This document shows, piece after piece, positions 7,243-16,603 of a stretch of 23,216 bases of DNA (position 1 is the first letter of the stretch; each line of letters begins with the position of its first letter). The notes under the pieces were generated by a model. That model ran no database searches and was not told where the DNA came from. It was given only the letters and a program-made list of their open reading frames with translations. The DNA lies in NCBI GenBank assembly GCA_031372065.1, contig JANMKN010000360.1:1-23216 (forward strand), given 5' to 3'. The DNA is from Abditibacteriaceae bacterium (lineage in GTDB: Bacteria > Armatimonadota > Abditibacteriia > Abditibacteriales > Abditibacteriaceae). Made by a program: the position numbers and the translations under genes.

Positions 7243-10200
7243 ATGAATTTCGCAAAATTTGCAGTGACGCGGCCTGTGGCAGTCACCATGCGCATTGCCG
7301 CATTGGTGCTGATGGGTGCTGTCTGCTTTACGCGCCTGCCGGTGGATTTGCTGCCGGATATTACCATTCCCGTCGTGGCAATCAACGTCAACTGGCCCAA
7401 CGTGGCGCCCGAAGAAATCGAAACGCAAGTCACGCGACCATTGGAACGCGCCGTGTCGTCGGTGCCGGGACTTTATGAAGTGTCTTCAAATTCGCAAGAA
7501 GGCAGCGCCAGCGTGCGCATTCAATTTCAATATGGCACCGACATGGGTCAGGCGGCCACCGATGTTTTGCAGCAAGTGCAACGCGCACGGCGCGAATTTC
7601 CGTCTGACCCCACGCTCGAAACGCCCATCGTTTTCAAGATCGATCCGGCGCAACTGCCGATTCTCATTTACGGCGTCAGCGGCGAAAAAGACCCAATCAA
7701 ATTGCGCACTTTGCTGGACAATCAAGTGGCGCCGCTGCTCGAATCAGCGGGCGGCGTCAGCGGCGTAGCGGTTAGCGGCGGCGCGCAAAAAGCGATTGTT
7801 GTGGCTGTTGATCCAAACCGCTTGCGCGCCCATAATTTGTCGCTGCAAGACGTGTCGAGGCGCATCGTGCAGGAAAATCTCAACGTGCCTGCCGGTATCG
7901 CGCAGCAAAGCGACACCGAATACACCATTCGCAGCTTTGGTTTGTTTCGCTCGCCCAAAGAAATCGCGCAGATTCCGATTGGCATTTACAACGGCCAGTT
8001 GGTGTCGCTTGGCGAAATTGCCGAGGTGCGCGATTCGCACGCTGAAACGCGCCTTTATACGCGCCTGAATAACCAGCCGTCCGCCGGTTTGATTGTCAGC
8101 AAGCAAGACGGCGCCAACACTGTAGCAACTTCCGAAGCAGTCTCCAAAAAAATTGAGCAGGCGCAAAAACTCTATCCCGATCTCAAGTTTCGCCTCGCCT
8201 ACGACCAATCGCAGTTCATCAGTAGCGCCGTGCATAATGTGCAGCATCACGCGCTTATCGGCGCGGTTTTAGCGGTGCTGATTCTGCTGTTTTTCCTGCG
8301 CAACATTCGCAGCACTTTGGTGGTGGCGCTTTCGATTCCGATTTCTGTTATCTCCACTTTTGCCCTGCTTTATGTCGGCGGATTTTCGATAAATACGATG
8401 TCACTGGGCGGCTTGGCGTTAGCTGTCGGATTGATTGTGGACGATGCCGTGGTGGTGCTGGAAAACATTTTTCGGCACATAGAACGCGACAAATTAAGCG
8501 CGCCTGAAGCGGCCATCGAGGGCACCAACGAAATCATGTCGGCGGTTGTCGCCTCGACTTTCACAGTGATCGTGGTGTTTTTGCCGTTGCTGCTCATCAA
8601 AGGCCAAACAGGGCAGATGTTTACGCAGTTTGCGCTGGTCGTTATCTTCTCGATTGCCGTTTCGCTGTTGGACGCTACTTCCGTGGTGCCAATGCTCGCG
8701 TCGCGGTTAATTCAAGGCGAAGCGCATCACGAACAAGTGGCACCAAAAAACTTTTTAGAGCGCCAATTCGCCCTGTGGGGCAAGTGGTTGGATGCGATGG
8801 ACAAATCCTATCGCAACGGTTTAATTTGGGTGCTGAAACGCCGCTGGCAAGTCATCGGCAGCGTGCTTTTCCTCACTGCCGCGAGCTTTTTGCTGGTGCC
8901 ATTTCTGGGCAGCGAACTGATGCCCGAAACCGACAGCGGCGACTTTCGCGTATCCGTCAAAATGCCCATCGGCACAGCGCTCGAAAAGACCGATCAGACG
9001 ATGAAGCGCATTGAAAAAATCATTGCCGACAACCCGAATGTGCAGACTTCTTTTGCCGCTGCCGGCTCGAATCTGAGCATTCGCGGCACAGCGACTTCAT
9101 TTTCGGCCAACGAAGGCTCGGTGACAGTCAAACTCAAAGCCGAGCGAACCAAATCCACGCAAGATGTGATTGCCGATTTGCGCAAAAAGACCGGACAAAT
9201 TCCCGGTGCCCGCGTGCAAATCGCGCAGTTCGACCTCGTTTCGCGCATCATGTCGGGCGGAGAGCAAAATGTCGAAGTGGATATTTTCGGCGATGATTTG
9301 CAAGTGCTTTCGTCACTCGGCAAAGAAGTCACCGACAAAATGCGCGAAGTCTCCGGCATGGAAAACGTGGATGTCAACTGGCAAGAAGCCTCGCCGGAGT
9401 TACAATGGAAAGTAGACCGCCAGAAAGCTATGCAACTCGGCGTAACGTTTCAGGACATTGCCTCGACCATCAACACCGCGACCAACGGCACGATTTCCAG
9501 TTACTATCAGGAGCAGGGTTTTCAGTATCCGATTATCGTCCAGTTGCCCGAAGCCAATCGCAAAACTGTGCCGGCGTTGCTGAATTTAAAAATAAAGCCC
9601 AGCCTACCCTCCGCCGATGGCACAACGCGCGCCGATGTGATTTTGCAACAAGTCGCACAGCCGATTTATGAGGTCGGCCCCAGCCAGATTACGCGCCTCA
9701 ATCGCTTGCGTTATATCGCCGTTACCGGCAAGCCGGAAGGTGGATCGGCAGGCGAGGCACAGGCTGGCGTTGAAAAAGCCATGCAGGATATAAAAATGCC
9801 GGTTGGCTACACATGGGATTGGGGTTCAACACAGCGCCGCCGCGCCGAAGAATTCTCCGGTTTGAACCTTTCCATTTTCTTGGCGATTGCCTTGATTTAC
9901 ATGCTACTGGCCTCGCAGTTTGAATCGTTCGTTCACCCGCTGACAGTTCTCACTTCGGTGCCATTGTGCGCGGTGGGCATTATTCTTTCGCTGTTTTTGA
10001 CCAACCGCGCTTTTGGGTTGACGGCGTTCATCGGTGTGCTGATGCTGGTCGGTATCGTGGTAAAAAACGGCATTTTGCTGGTGGATTACACCAATCAACT
10101 GCGCGCCAAAGGCATGGAGCGCGACGAAGCTGTTCTCACGGCTGGGCCGACACGTTTGCGCCCGATTTTGATGACTTCGGCCACAGCGATTGGCGGCTTG

Positions 10201-10515
10201 TTCCTTATCGCCTGCGGCGTCGGCGAAGGCTCCGAAACGCAAGCGCCGATGGCAACTGTTGTGATTGGCGGCTTGCTGACTTCGACGATTCTCACGCTGT
10301 TCATCGTGCCAGCGGTTTACACCTTGTTCGACGACCTTGGCCAACATTTGCAGCGCCGTAAAGCGACAGAACCGGCACCAAGAATTGTGCGCCCGCCTGC
10401 CAAAGTTGCAGATGCCGTGCAGACTGCCGTGCAGACTAATGTAGGGACGCGCTACAGTGTGTCCTCTCCACAGGCCGGTTTATCTGGTGCTGATATACCG
10501 GAGGACACGCTGTAG
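7243..10515 (+). CDS. RND efflux transporter permease subunit (AcrB/AcrD/AcrF family)
   Basis: 1090 aa; RPVAVTM, LPVDLLP, GLIVDDAVVVLENI (TM4 Asp pair), VVKNGILLVD, RLRPILMT; two large periplasmic loops. Confidence 0.95.
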   Translation: MNFAKFAVTRPVAVTMRIAALVLMGAVCFTRLPVDLLPDITIPVVAINVNWPNVAPEEIETQVTRPLERAVSSVPGLYEVSSNSQEGSASVRIQFQYGTDMGQAATDVLQQVQRARREFPSDPTLETPIVFKIDPAQLPILIYGVSGEKDPIKLRTLLDNQVAPLLESAGGVSGVAVSGGAQKAIVVAVDPNRLRAHNLSLQDVSRRIVQENLNVPAGIAQQSDTEYTIRSFGLFRSPKEIAQIPIGIYNGQLVSLGEIAEVRDSHAETRLYTRLNNQPSAGLIVSKQDGANTVATSEAVSKKIEQAQKLYPDLKFRLAYDQSQFISSAVHNVQHHALIGAVLAVLILLFFLRNIRSTLVVALSIPISVISTFALLYVGGFSINTMSLGGLALAVGLIVDDAVVVLENIFRHIERDKLSAPEAAIEGTNEIMSAVVASTFTVIVVFLPLLLIKGQTGQMFTQFALVVIFSIAVSLLDATSVVPMLASRLIQGEAHHEQVAPKNFLERQFALWGKWLDAMDKSYRNGLIWVLKRRWQVIGSVLFLTAASFLLVPFLGSELMPETDSGDFRVSVKMPIGTALEKTDQTMKRIEKIIADNPNVQTSFAAAGSNLSIRGTATSFSANEGSVTVKLKAERTKSTQDVIADLRKKTGQIPGARVQIAQFDLVSRIMSGGEQNVEVDIFGDDLQVLSSLGKEVTDKMREVSGMENVDVNWQEASPELQWKVDRQKAMQLGVTFQDIASTINTATNGTISSYYQEQGFQYPIIVQLPEANRKTVPALLNLKIKPSLPSADGTTRADVILQQVAQPIYEVGPSQITRLNRLRYIAVTGKPEGGSAGEAQAGVEKAMQDIKMPVGYTWDWGSTQRRRAEEFSGLNLSIFLAIALIYMLLASQFESFVHPLTVLTSVPLCAVGIILSLFLTNRAFGLTAFIGVLMLVGIVVKNGILLVDYTNQLRAKGMERDEAVLTAGPTRLRPILMTSATAIGGLFLIACGVGEGSETQAPMATVVIGGLLTSTILTLFIVPAVYTLFDDLGQHLQRRKATEPAPRIVRPPAKVADAVQTAVQTNVGTRYSVSSPQAGLSGADIPEDTL

Positions 10516-10526
10516 CGTGTCTCTAC
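10441..10526. repeat. GTAG-type REP inverted doublet overlapping the permease stop codon
   Basis: GTAGGGACGCGCTACAGTGTGTCCTC (10441-10466) vs reverse complement of 10501-10526 (GTAGAGACACGCTACAGCGTGTCCTC): 23/26 identical; each copy is itself a hairpin behind GTAG. Confidence 0.75.
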
Positions 10527-10570
10527 GGTCACTTCATCTTTACATGGTTTCTCAAGCAAATTTTCATTTT

Positions 10571-12007
10571 ATGCCGCGCCCTTTGATTCTATTTCTCGTT
10601 TTATTTTCGCTTCCGTGCTTCGCGCAAGAAGCGCTGGTTCCCGTCGCGCCACCGCCCGGCGATTTGAGCCAACCGACACCGCCGATTGTGCCGCCCACCA
10701 AAGAAGTCATCGTGCCGCCGCCGGTGACTCTGCCCGCGCCACCAGAAGCGCAACCTGTTTCCGGCGAACCGCTGACCGCAGGCGAAGCGGCGCGTATCGC
10801 CTTGCGTTTGCAGCCAGATGTCACCATCGCCAATGCCGGAATTTTGGCAGCGCAAGGCCAAACGGGGCAAGTGCGTTCGGGTTTACGCCCGACTTTTGGC
10901 GTCTCGTCCACCTACACACAGCAAAAATCGCTGGGTAGTTCGTCGGGTAGCGGCGGTGGTGGCAGCGTTGACACGTTTTCCGCCAGTTCATCTAACGGTT
11001 TGCGCCTTACGGCGACGGTGCGGCAACTGCTTTTCGATTTCAATCGCACGCGCGATGCCGTGCGCGCCGCGACGTTGCGCGAACAAGCCGCAACCGCCAA
11101 TTTCACCCGTGTGCAGTCGGATTTGGTGCTAAACGTCAAACAGGCGTTTTATACATTCGTGGAAAATCAACGCCTTGTCGAAGTGAACGAGGCGAACCTC
11201 AAAAACCGACAAGCGCAACTGGATTTAGCCAAAGCACGCCTTGGTTCGGGGCTTGGCGCGCCTGCCGATGTGGTGCGCGCTCAAACCGCCGTCGCGCAGG
11301 CCGTTTTCGAACTCGAATCGGCGCGCAATTTAGTCTCGACTTCGCGCGTTAACCTCGCGTTGCAAATGGGCATTGACCCGCGCACACCCATCGAAGCCAA
11401 AGATTCGGACGAAGCCGCTATCGCCGCCAACGATGTCAATGAATTAGTCAGCGCAGCACTAAAACAGCGCCCCGAAGCAGTGCAGGCGCAAGCGAATTTG
11501 CAAGCGGCCCAAGTGAATATTGGCGTGGCGCAAAAATCCAATCGCCCCAGTCTGGGCCTTAGCGCCAGTGCGGGCAGTCGCAGCAAGGCTTTTGGCTATA
11601 ATAACGGCTCGGTGCGCGCCACGCTTGATCTCGAATGGACGCCGTTCGATGGCGGCGTCACCAAAAGTTTGGTCAAGGAGGCGCAAGGCAACTTGCTGGC
11701 TGCGCAAGCGGAACTTCTCAAATCTCAGCAAGCGATTGTCTCCGACGTTTCGCAAGCCTATTTGAATTTGCGCACCGCCGAGCAACGCGTTATCGCCGCC
11801 GATGCGGGCGTGACCAACGCCGAAGAAAGCGTGCGCATCGCTGAAGGTCGCTATCGTGCCGGCGTTGCAGCGTTTATCGAAGTCACCGACGCGCAAACCG
11901 CACTGATTACCGCACGCACCAACCGCGTCAACGCCATTTCGCAAGTGGCTCAAGCCCGCGCCGCCTTGCGCCGCGCCTTGGGCGAAACGTTGCCCGCAAC
12001 GCCATAA
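10571..12007 (+). CDS. TolC family outer membrane efflux protein
   Basis: Start reassigned to ATG 10571 (signal peptide MPRPLILFLVLFSLPCFAQ). Two OEP-like repeats: QLLFDFNR, VKQAFY, WTPFDGG, VSQAYLNL, RYRAGVAAFIEVTDAQ; third gene of the efflux operon. Confidence 0.92.
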   Translation: MPRPLILFLVLFSLPCFAQEALVPVAPPPGDLSQPTPPIVPPTKEVIVPPPVTLPAPPEAQPVSGEPLTAGEAARIALRLQPDVTIANAGILAAQGQTGQVRSGLRPTFGVSSTYTQQKSLGSSSGSGGGGSVDTFSASSSNGLRLTATVRQLLFDFNRTRDAVRAATLREQAATANFTRVQSDLVLNVKQAFYTFVENQRLVEVNEANLKNRQAQLDLAKARLGSGLGAPADVVRAQTAVAQAVFELESARNLVSTSRVNLALQMGIDPRTPIEAKDSDEAAIAANDVNELVSAALKQRPEAVQAQANLQAAQVNIGVAQKSNRPSLGLSASAGSRSKAFGYNNGSVRATLDLEWTPFDGGVTKSLVKEAQGNLLAAQAELLKSQQAIVSDVSQAYLNLRTAEQRVIAADAGVTNAEESVRIAEGRYRAGVAAFIEVTDAQTALITARTNRVNAISQVAQARAALRRALGETLPATP

Positions 12008-12063
12008 TCTTCCGCATCTGCTGGCCGTTTAAAAGCGCCATAAGTTCCGCGACACTGGCGGCG

Positions 12064-15000
12064 TTACGCCCGTAGTTTGACCAGCAAATCTTTGCTTTCC
12101 ACAGCATCGCCGACTTGGGCGTGAATGGCTTCGACGACGCCAGCGGCAGGGGCGTTGATGGTGGTATACATTTTCATCGCTTCGAGCGTGACCAGCTTGT
12201 CGCCTTTGGCGACTTTGCCGCCGACGCTGACGGCAAGTGAAGTTATCATGCCGGGAATCGGCGCGGCGACTTGCAGCGGGTCGGAGGGGTCGGCTTGCAC
12301 GCGCGGCGGCTTTTCAGCTTTGACGGATTTATCTTGAATGGTCGCGCTACGCGCCATGCCGTTCAATTCAAAATTCACGACGCGCTTGCCTTCGACATCA
12401 ACCGGGCCGACGTTGATGAGTTTGATGATTAACGTTTTGCCTTCTTCGATGTCAATCGAGATTTCTTCGTCGGGTTTCAATCCGTAGAAAAACGCCGGAG
12501 TTGGCAAAACCGAAACATCCGAATAATCGCGCGCAAAGCGGGCGAACTCGGTGAAAACTTCGGGATACATCAAATAATCATACAAGTCATCGTCCGAAAC
12601 CTTGCGCCCGATTTTCGCTTCGATTTCGCCGCGCGCCTTTTGTAAATCGAGTGGCTTCAAACCGGCGCCGGGGCGCTTGGTGAGCGGTTTTTTATTGCCC
12701 AAAACCACTTTTTGCAGCTTTTTGGGCCAGCCACCGAGCGGTTGGCCCAAACCGCCCATCAACATATCAATCACCGATTCGGGAAACGGCGTGGTGCCCG
12801 GTTCGAGATTGAGAATATCTTTGGGTTTGATGCCGCGCGTGATGCAAAACATCGCCATGTCGCCGACGACTTTGCTACTTGGTGTCACTTTTACAATATC
12901 TCCGAAAAGATCGTTCACTTCGCGGTAAGTGCGCGCGATTTCCGGCCAGCGCTGCGAAAGGCCCATGCCCGCCGCTTGCTCTTTGAGATTGGTGTATTGG
13001 CCACCCGGCATTTCATGCAAATACACTTCGGCGGTTCCGGCGCGCGGCGCGGTGTCGAAGGGCTTGTAATACGGCAGGACGTTTTCCCAGTAATCGGAAA
13101 ATTCATCCAGCGCGGCCAAATCTAATTGGGTGTCGCGCGGCGTGCGTTGCAACGCGGCGACAACCGAATTCAAATTCGGCTGCGAAGTGGAGCCGGACAT
13201 CGAAGAAATCGCCAAGTCCACGATGTCCACGCCGGCATCGGAGGCTTGCAACACGCTGGCGGCGTTGAGGCCGCTGGTGTCGTGCGTATGAAAGTGAATC
13301 GGAATGCCGATTTCTTCTTTGAGGGCTTTAACAAGCGCGTGCGCCGCATACGGACGGCACAAACCGGCCATGTCTTTGATGGCTAAAATATGCGCGCCCA
13401 TACGCTCTAATTCCTTCGCCAAATCCACATAATACTTCAGCGAATATTTGGTGCGCGCCGGGTCGAGAATATCGCCGGTGTAGCAAATCGCCGCTTCGCA
13501 AATGGCGTGCGTATCTTGCACCGCTTCCATCGCTACTTTCAGATTCGGCAAGTAATTTAGCGAATCGAAAATACGAAAAATATCCATGCCCGCCTCGGCG
13601 GAATGCTTAACGAAACCGGCGACGACGTTATCGGGATAATTGGAATAGCCCACGGCATTGCTGCCGCGAAAGAGCATTTGAAAACAAATGTTCGGAATCT
13701 TCTCGCGCAGGTCGCGCAGGCGCGCCCACGGGTCTTCGCGCAAAAAGCGCATAGTGGTGTCGAAAGTCGCGCCGCCCCACATTTCCAAGGAATACAATTC
13801 GGGCGTGCGCCGCGCGATGGCATCGGCAATCAGCAGCATATCAAACGAGCGAACGCGCGTTGCCAACAGCGATTGATGCGCGTCGCGCAATGTCGTATCG
13901 GTGATAAGCAGTTTTTCCTGCGTGCGCGTCCATTCGGCGAAACCTTTGGGGCCTAAATCTTGTAACAATTGGCGCGTGCCCGAAGGCGGCTCTGTCTTAT
14001 GATCAAAGCGCGGCGCGGCCACAGCGGGCAACGCCTTTTCGGGCTTGTAACCTTTCGCGTGCGGGTTGCCGTTTACGATGGTTTCGCCCAAAAAATTGAG
14101 CAGTTTCGTGGCGCGGTCGCGGCGCGGCGTGAACTTCAAAAGCGACGGCGTGGTATCAATTAGGGTGGTCGTGGCCTGACCGGAACGAAAACTTTTGTTG
14201 TGAATGACATTTTCCAAAAACGGAATATTCGTCTTCACACCACGAATGCGAAACTCACGTAGCGCCCTGTCCATGCGGCCCAACGCCGCCTCAAAAGTGC
14301 TGCCGGAAACCGTGATTTTAACGAGCAGGGAATCGTAAAACGGCGTGATGACGGCGCCGACGGCGCCCATGCCGCCATCAAGACGAATGCCGTAGCCGCC
14401 GGGCGAGCGATACGCCAAAATTTTGCCGTAATCGGGCGTGAATTTGTTGGCCGGGTCTTCGGTTGTAATGCGTGCCTGCACCGCGAAACCGTTGCGCGGC
14501 ACTTCATCTTGCGCGGGCAGCGCCAGTTCTTTGCCGTGCAATTCGTAGCCTTGCGCGATGAGAATTTGCGAGCGCACTAAGTCCACGCCGGTGATAACTT
14601 CGGTCACGGTATGCTCGACTTGGATGCGCGGGTTCATTTCGATGAAGAACCATTCGTGCTTGTCCATGTCCAGCAAGAATTCGACGGTGCCCGCGTTGTT
14701 GTAACCGATTTCGCGCGCCAAATTTGCCGCCGCTTCGCACAGTTCAAGGCGCACTTTTTCGTCAAGATCAACGCTCGGCGCGATTTCGATGACTTTTTGA
14801 TGGCGCCGCTGCACCGAGCAATCGCGCTCGTGCAAATGCATCGAATGGCCGTGTTTATCGCCCAAAACCTGCACTTCGATGTGTTTGGCGCGCGCGATGT
14901 ATTTCTCAAGAAAGACCGACGGATCGCCAAACGCGGCCTGCGCTTCGCCTTGCGCATCGTCTAATAAGCGCTGCAAATCGGCTTCTTGCTGCACCACGCG

Positions 15001-15564
15001 CATTCCGCGCCCGCCGCCGCCTGCGGCGGCTTTAATTATCAGAGGAAAGCCGATTTTCTGCGCCGTTTTGAGGGCTTTTTTGCGATCTTTGATGGCTTCG
15101 GGCGTGCCGGGCAACGTCGGCACGCCGATTTTTTCCGCCACGGCGCGCGCGGCGATTTTATCGCCCATCAGTTCGAGTAATTCCGCGCTGGGGCCGACGA
15201 AAACGATGCCCGCTTCATCGCAGGCGCGCGCAAAGCGGGCGTTTTCCGAAAGAAAGCCATAGCCGGGATGAATGGCATCCACGCCTTTTTCTTTGGCTAA
15301 AGCGACGATGCTTTCGATGTCGAGATAAGCGCCCACCGGCCCTTTGCCCTCGCCGACCAAATAGGCTTCATCGGCCTTGAAACGATGCACGCCAAAGCGG
15401 TCTTCTTGAGCGTAAATGGCAACGGTGCGCAGACCAAGTTCCGTCGCAGCGCGCATGACGCGAATCGCAATTTCGCCGCGATTGGCAACTAATAATTTCT
15501 TGAATGAACGAACGGGCGTAACGGACAAAGGAAGGCTCCTGAAAGCGAAGGTTTTGGAAGTCAA
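12064..15564 (-). CDS. pyc: Pyruvate carboxylase (single-chain, biotin-dependent)
   Basis: Biotin carboxylase (LVANRGEIAIR, HPGYGFLSEN, RDCSVQRRHQK, EMNPRIQVEH), carboxyltransferase (RDAHQS, HFHTHDT, HEMPGGQYTNL, KVTPSSKVVGD) and biotinyl domain (EAMKM). Exact start uncertain (TTG 15564). Confidence 0.97.
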   Translation of the reverse strand: MTSKTFAFRSLPLSVTPVRSFKKLLVANRGEIAIRVMRAATELGLRTVAIYAQEDRFGVHRFKADEAYLVGEGKGPVGAYLDIESIVALAKEKGVDAIHPGYGFLSENARFARACDEAGIVFVGPSAELLELMGDKIAARAVAEKIGVPTLPGTPEAIKDRKKALKTAQKIGFPLIIKAAAGGGGRGMRVVQQEADLQRLLDDAQGEAQAAFGDPSVFLEKYIARAKHIEVQVLGDKHGHSMHLHERDCSVQRRHQKVIEIAPSVDLDEKVRLELCEAAANLAREIGYNNAGTVEFLLDMDKHEWFFIEMNPRIQVEHTVTEVITGVDLVRSQILIAQGYELHGKELALPAQDEVPRNGFAVQARITTEDPANKFTPDYGKILAYRSPGGYGIRLDGGMGAVGAVITPFYDSLLVKITVSGSTFEAALGRMDRALREFRIRGVKTNIPFLENVIHNKSFRSGQATTTLIDTTPSLLKFTPRRDRATKLLNFLGETIVNGNPHAKGYKPEKALPAVAAPRFDHKTEPPSGTRQLLQDLGPKGFAEWTRTQEKLLITDTTLRDAHQSLLATRVRSFDMLLIADAIARRTPELYSLEMWGGATFDTTMRFLREDPWARLRDLREKIPNICFQMLFRGSNAVGYSNYPDNVVAGFVKHSAEAGMDIFRIFDSLNYLPNLKVAMEAVQDTHAICEAAICYTGDILDPARTKYSLKYYVDLAKELERMGAHILAIKDMAGLCRPYAAHALVKALKEEIGIPIHFHTHDTSGLNAASVLQASDAGVDIVDLAISSMSGSTSQPNLNSVVAALQRTPRDTQLDLAALDEFSDYWENVLPYYKPFDTAPRAGTAEVYLHEMPGGQYTNLKEQAAGMGLSQRWPEIARTYREVNDLFGDIVKVTPSSKVVGDMAMFCITRGIKPKDILNLEPGTTPFPESVIDMLMGGLGQPLGGWPKKLQKVVLGNKKPLTKRPGAGLKPLDLQKARGEIEAKIGRKVSDDDLYDYLMYPEVFTEFARFARDYSDVSVLPTPAFFYGLKPDEEISIDIEEGKTLIIKLINVGPVDVEGKRVVNFELNGMARSATIQDKSVKAEKPPRVQADPSDPLQVAAPIPGMITSLAVSVGGKVAKGDKLVTLEAMKMYTTINAPAAGVVEAIHAQVGDAVESKDLLVKLRA

Positions 15565-15682
15565 ATTCAGATTAGCAGAAATGCCCGCCGCGCGCTAAAG
15601 TTATCCGGCGCAGCTTGGAAAATGGCCTGACAACGCAATAAAGACGCTAACGTTCTCTTGCCTAAGCAGGCGGCGCCATTCC

Positions 15683-15997
15683 AAATATCTGGCGAGACAT
15701 TTTGAATATCCGCCGAGATATTTGAAATATCATGCGAGATTATCGAAATATCATGTCAGATATTTGATAAATCTTCTGATATTGTCGAAATATCTGTTGA
15801 GATTATCAAAATATCCGTCGAGATTATCGAACCATCCGTCGAGATTGAAGGAATATCTGCTGAGATTATCGAACTATCCGTCGAGATTGAAGGAATATCT
15901 GCTGAGATTGTCGAAACATCTGTCGAGATTGAAGGAATATCCGACGAAATTATAGAAACATCTGTCGGGACATTTGAAATATCTCAGCAAATTGTTG
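15683..15997. repeat. Degenerate tandem array of 15 x 21-nt units
   Basis: Contiguous units with no indels, consensus about RAATATCYGTCGAGATTRTCG (e.g. AAATATCCGTCGAGATTATCG); unit 1 at 15683, unit 15 at 15977. Confidence 0.92.
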
Positions 15998-16015
15998 ATA
16001 AGTCAGGCCGGATAA

Positions 16016-16174
16016 AGGGATAATTTCAGCAGTGGGAGCCACTTTCTGGCTTTGTGGATGGGCGCCTCCGCTCAGGTCGTGGCACAGTATGGCGGCGATT
16101 CCGCTCAAGCCGCCTCGGTAGGGCGCAAGAAATCCAGCGAATGCAAGTCACCCAAGAAAAAGCCGCCCGCGTAA
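16016..16174 (+). pseudogene. Probable C-terminal fragment of a small conserved hypothetical protein with a basic tail
   Basis: Frame between TAA 16013-16015 and TAA 16172-16174 reads RDNFSSGSHFLALWMGASAQVVAQYGGDSAQAASVGRKKSSECKSPKKKPPA*, resembling a recalled uncharacterised family ending QVxAQYGxDSxExxxxGxKKxSExKxP; followed by a strong terminator. Confidence 0.45.
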
Positions 16175-16197
16175 GCGCAGCCGCGTCCAACCAACGC

Positions 16198-16235
16198 AAA
16201 AACCCGCAGTTACCAAATGGCAACTGCGGGTTTTT
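16198..16235. terminator. Intrinsic terminator, bidirectional form
   Basis: AAAAACCCGCAGTT-ACCAAATGGC-AACTGCGGGTTTTT, 23 nt after the TAA at 16174. Confidence 0.85.
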
Positions 16236-16275
16236 ATTAGACCTCATAACTCATGTTACGCAGTGCGCTTATAGT

Positions 16276-16494
16276 AGGCGCTGGAAAGAGCGACTTTGTC
16301 GCTCGCACCCCTCACCCTAACCCTCTCCCCCAATCGCTTCGCTGGGGAGAGGGAACTGCACTGCCACGTTGCCCCGTTGTCTCATTGGCGACGGGCCGCA
16401 GCGTTTGAGTTTCATCCCCTCTCCCCAGCGAAGCGATTGGGGGAGAGGGTTAGGGTGAGGGGTGCGAGCGACAAAGTCGCTCTTTCCAGCGCCT
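16276..16494. repeat. Perfect 78-bp inverted repeat with 63-nt spacer (BoxC/REP-like or MITE-like element)
   Basis: 16276-16353 is the exact reverse complement of 16417-16494; arms carry CCCCTCACCCTAACCCTCTCCCC...GGGGAGAGGG and the nested hairpin GAGCGACTTTGTCGCTC. Confidence 0.9.
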
Positions 16495-16603
16495 CCCCAC
16501 TAAAACCCCATGCCATTGGGCGCAAGCCCCGATCTTAGTCGCCTCTCTTCGCCTATTCGCGCTATAAATATCCGTCTATGTTCGATGAAGTCACCATGCC
16601 ACT

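Noticed and set aside
15722..15955. 77-aa ORF (MKYHARLSKY...) as a real gene
   Set aside because: TTG start inside the array, no evident RBS; explained as a by-product of the 21-nt periodicity.
15683..15997. CRISPR array
   Set aside because: Units are contiguous and degenerate with no unique spacers, and no cas genes are in the window.
16276..16494. Autonomous IS element or tRNA/ncRNA gene
   Set aside because: No transposase, no clear target-site duplication, no cloverleaf or known RNA motif recognised.
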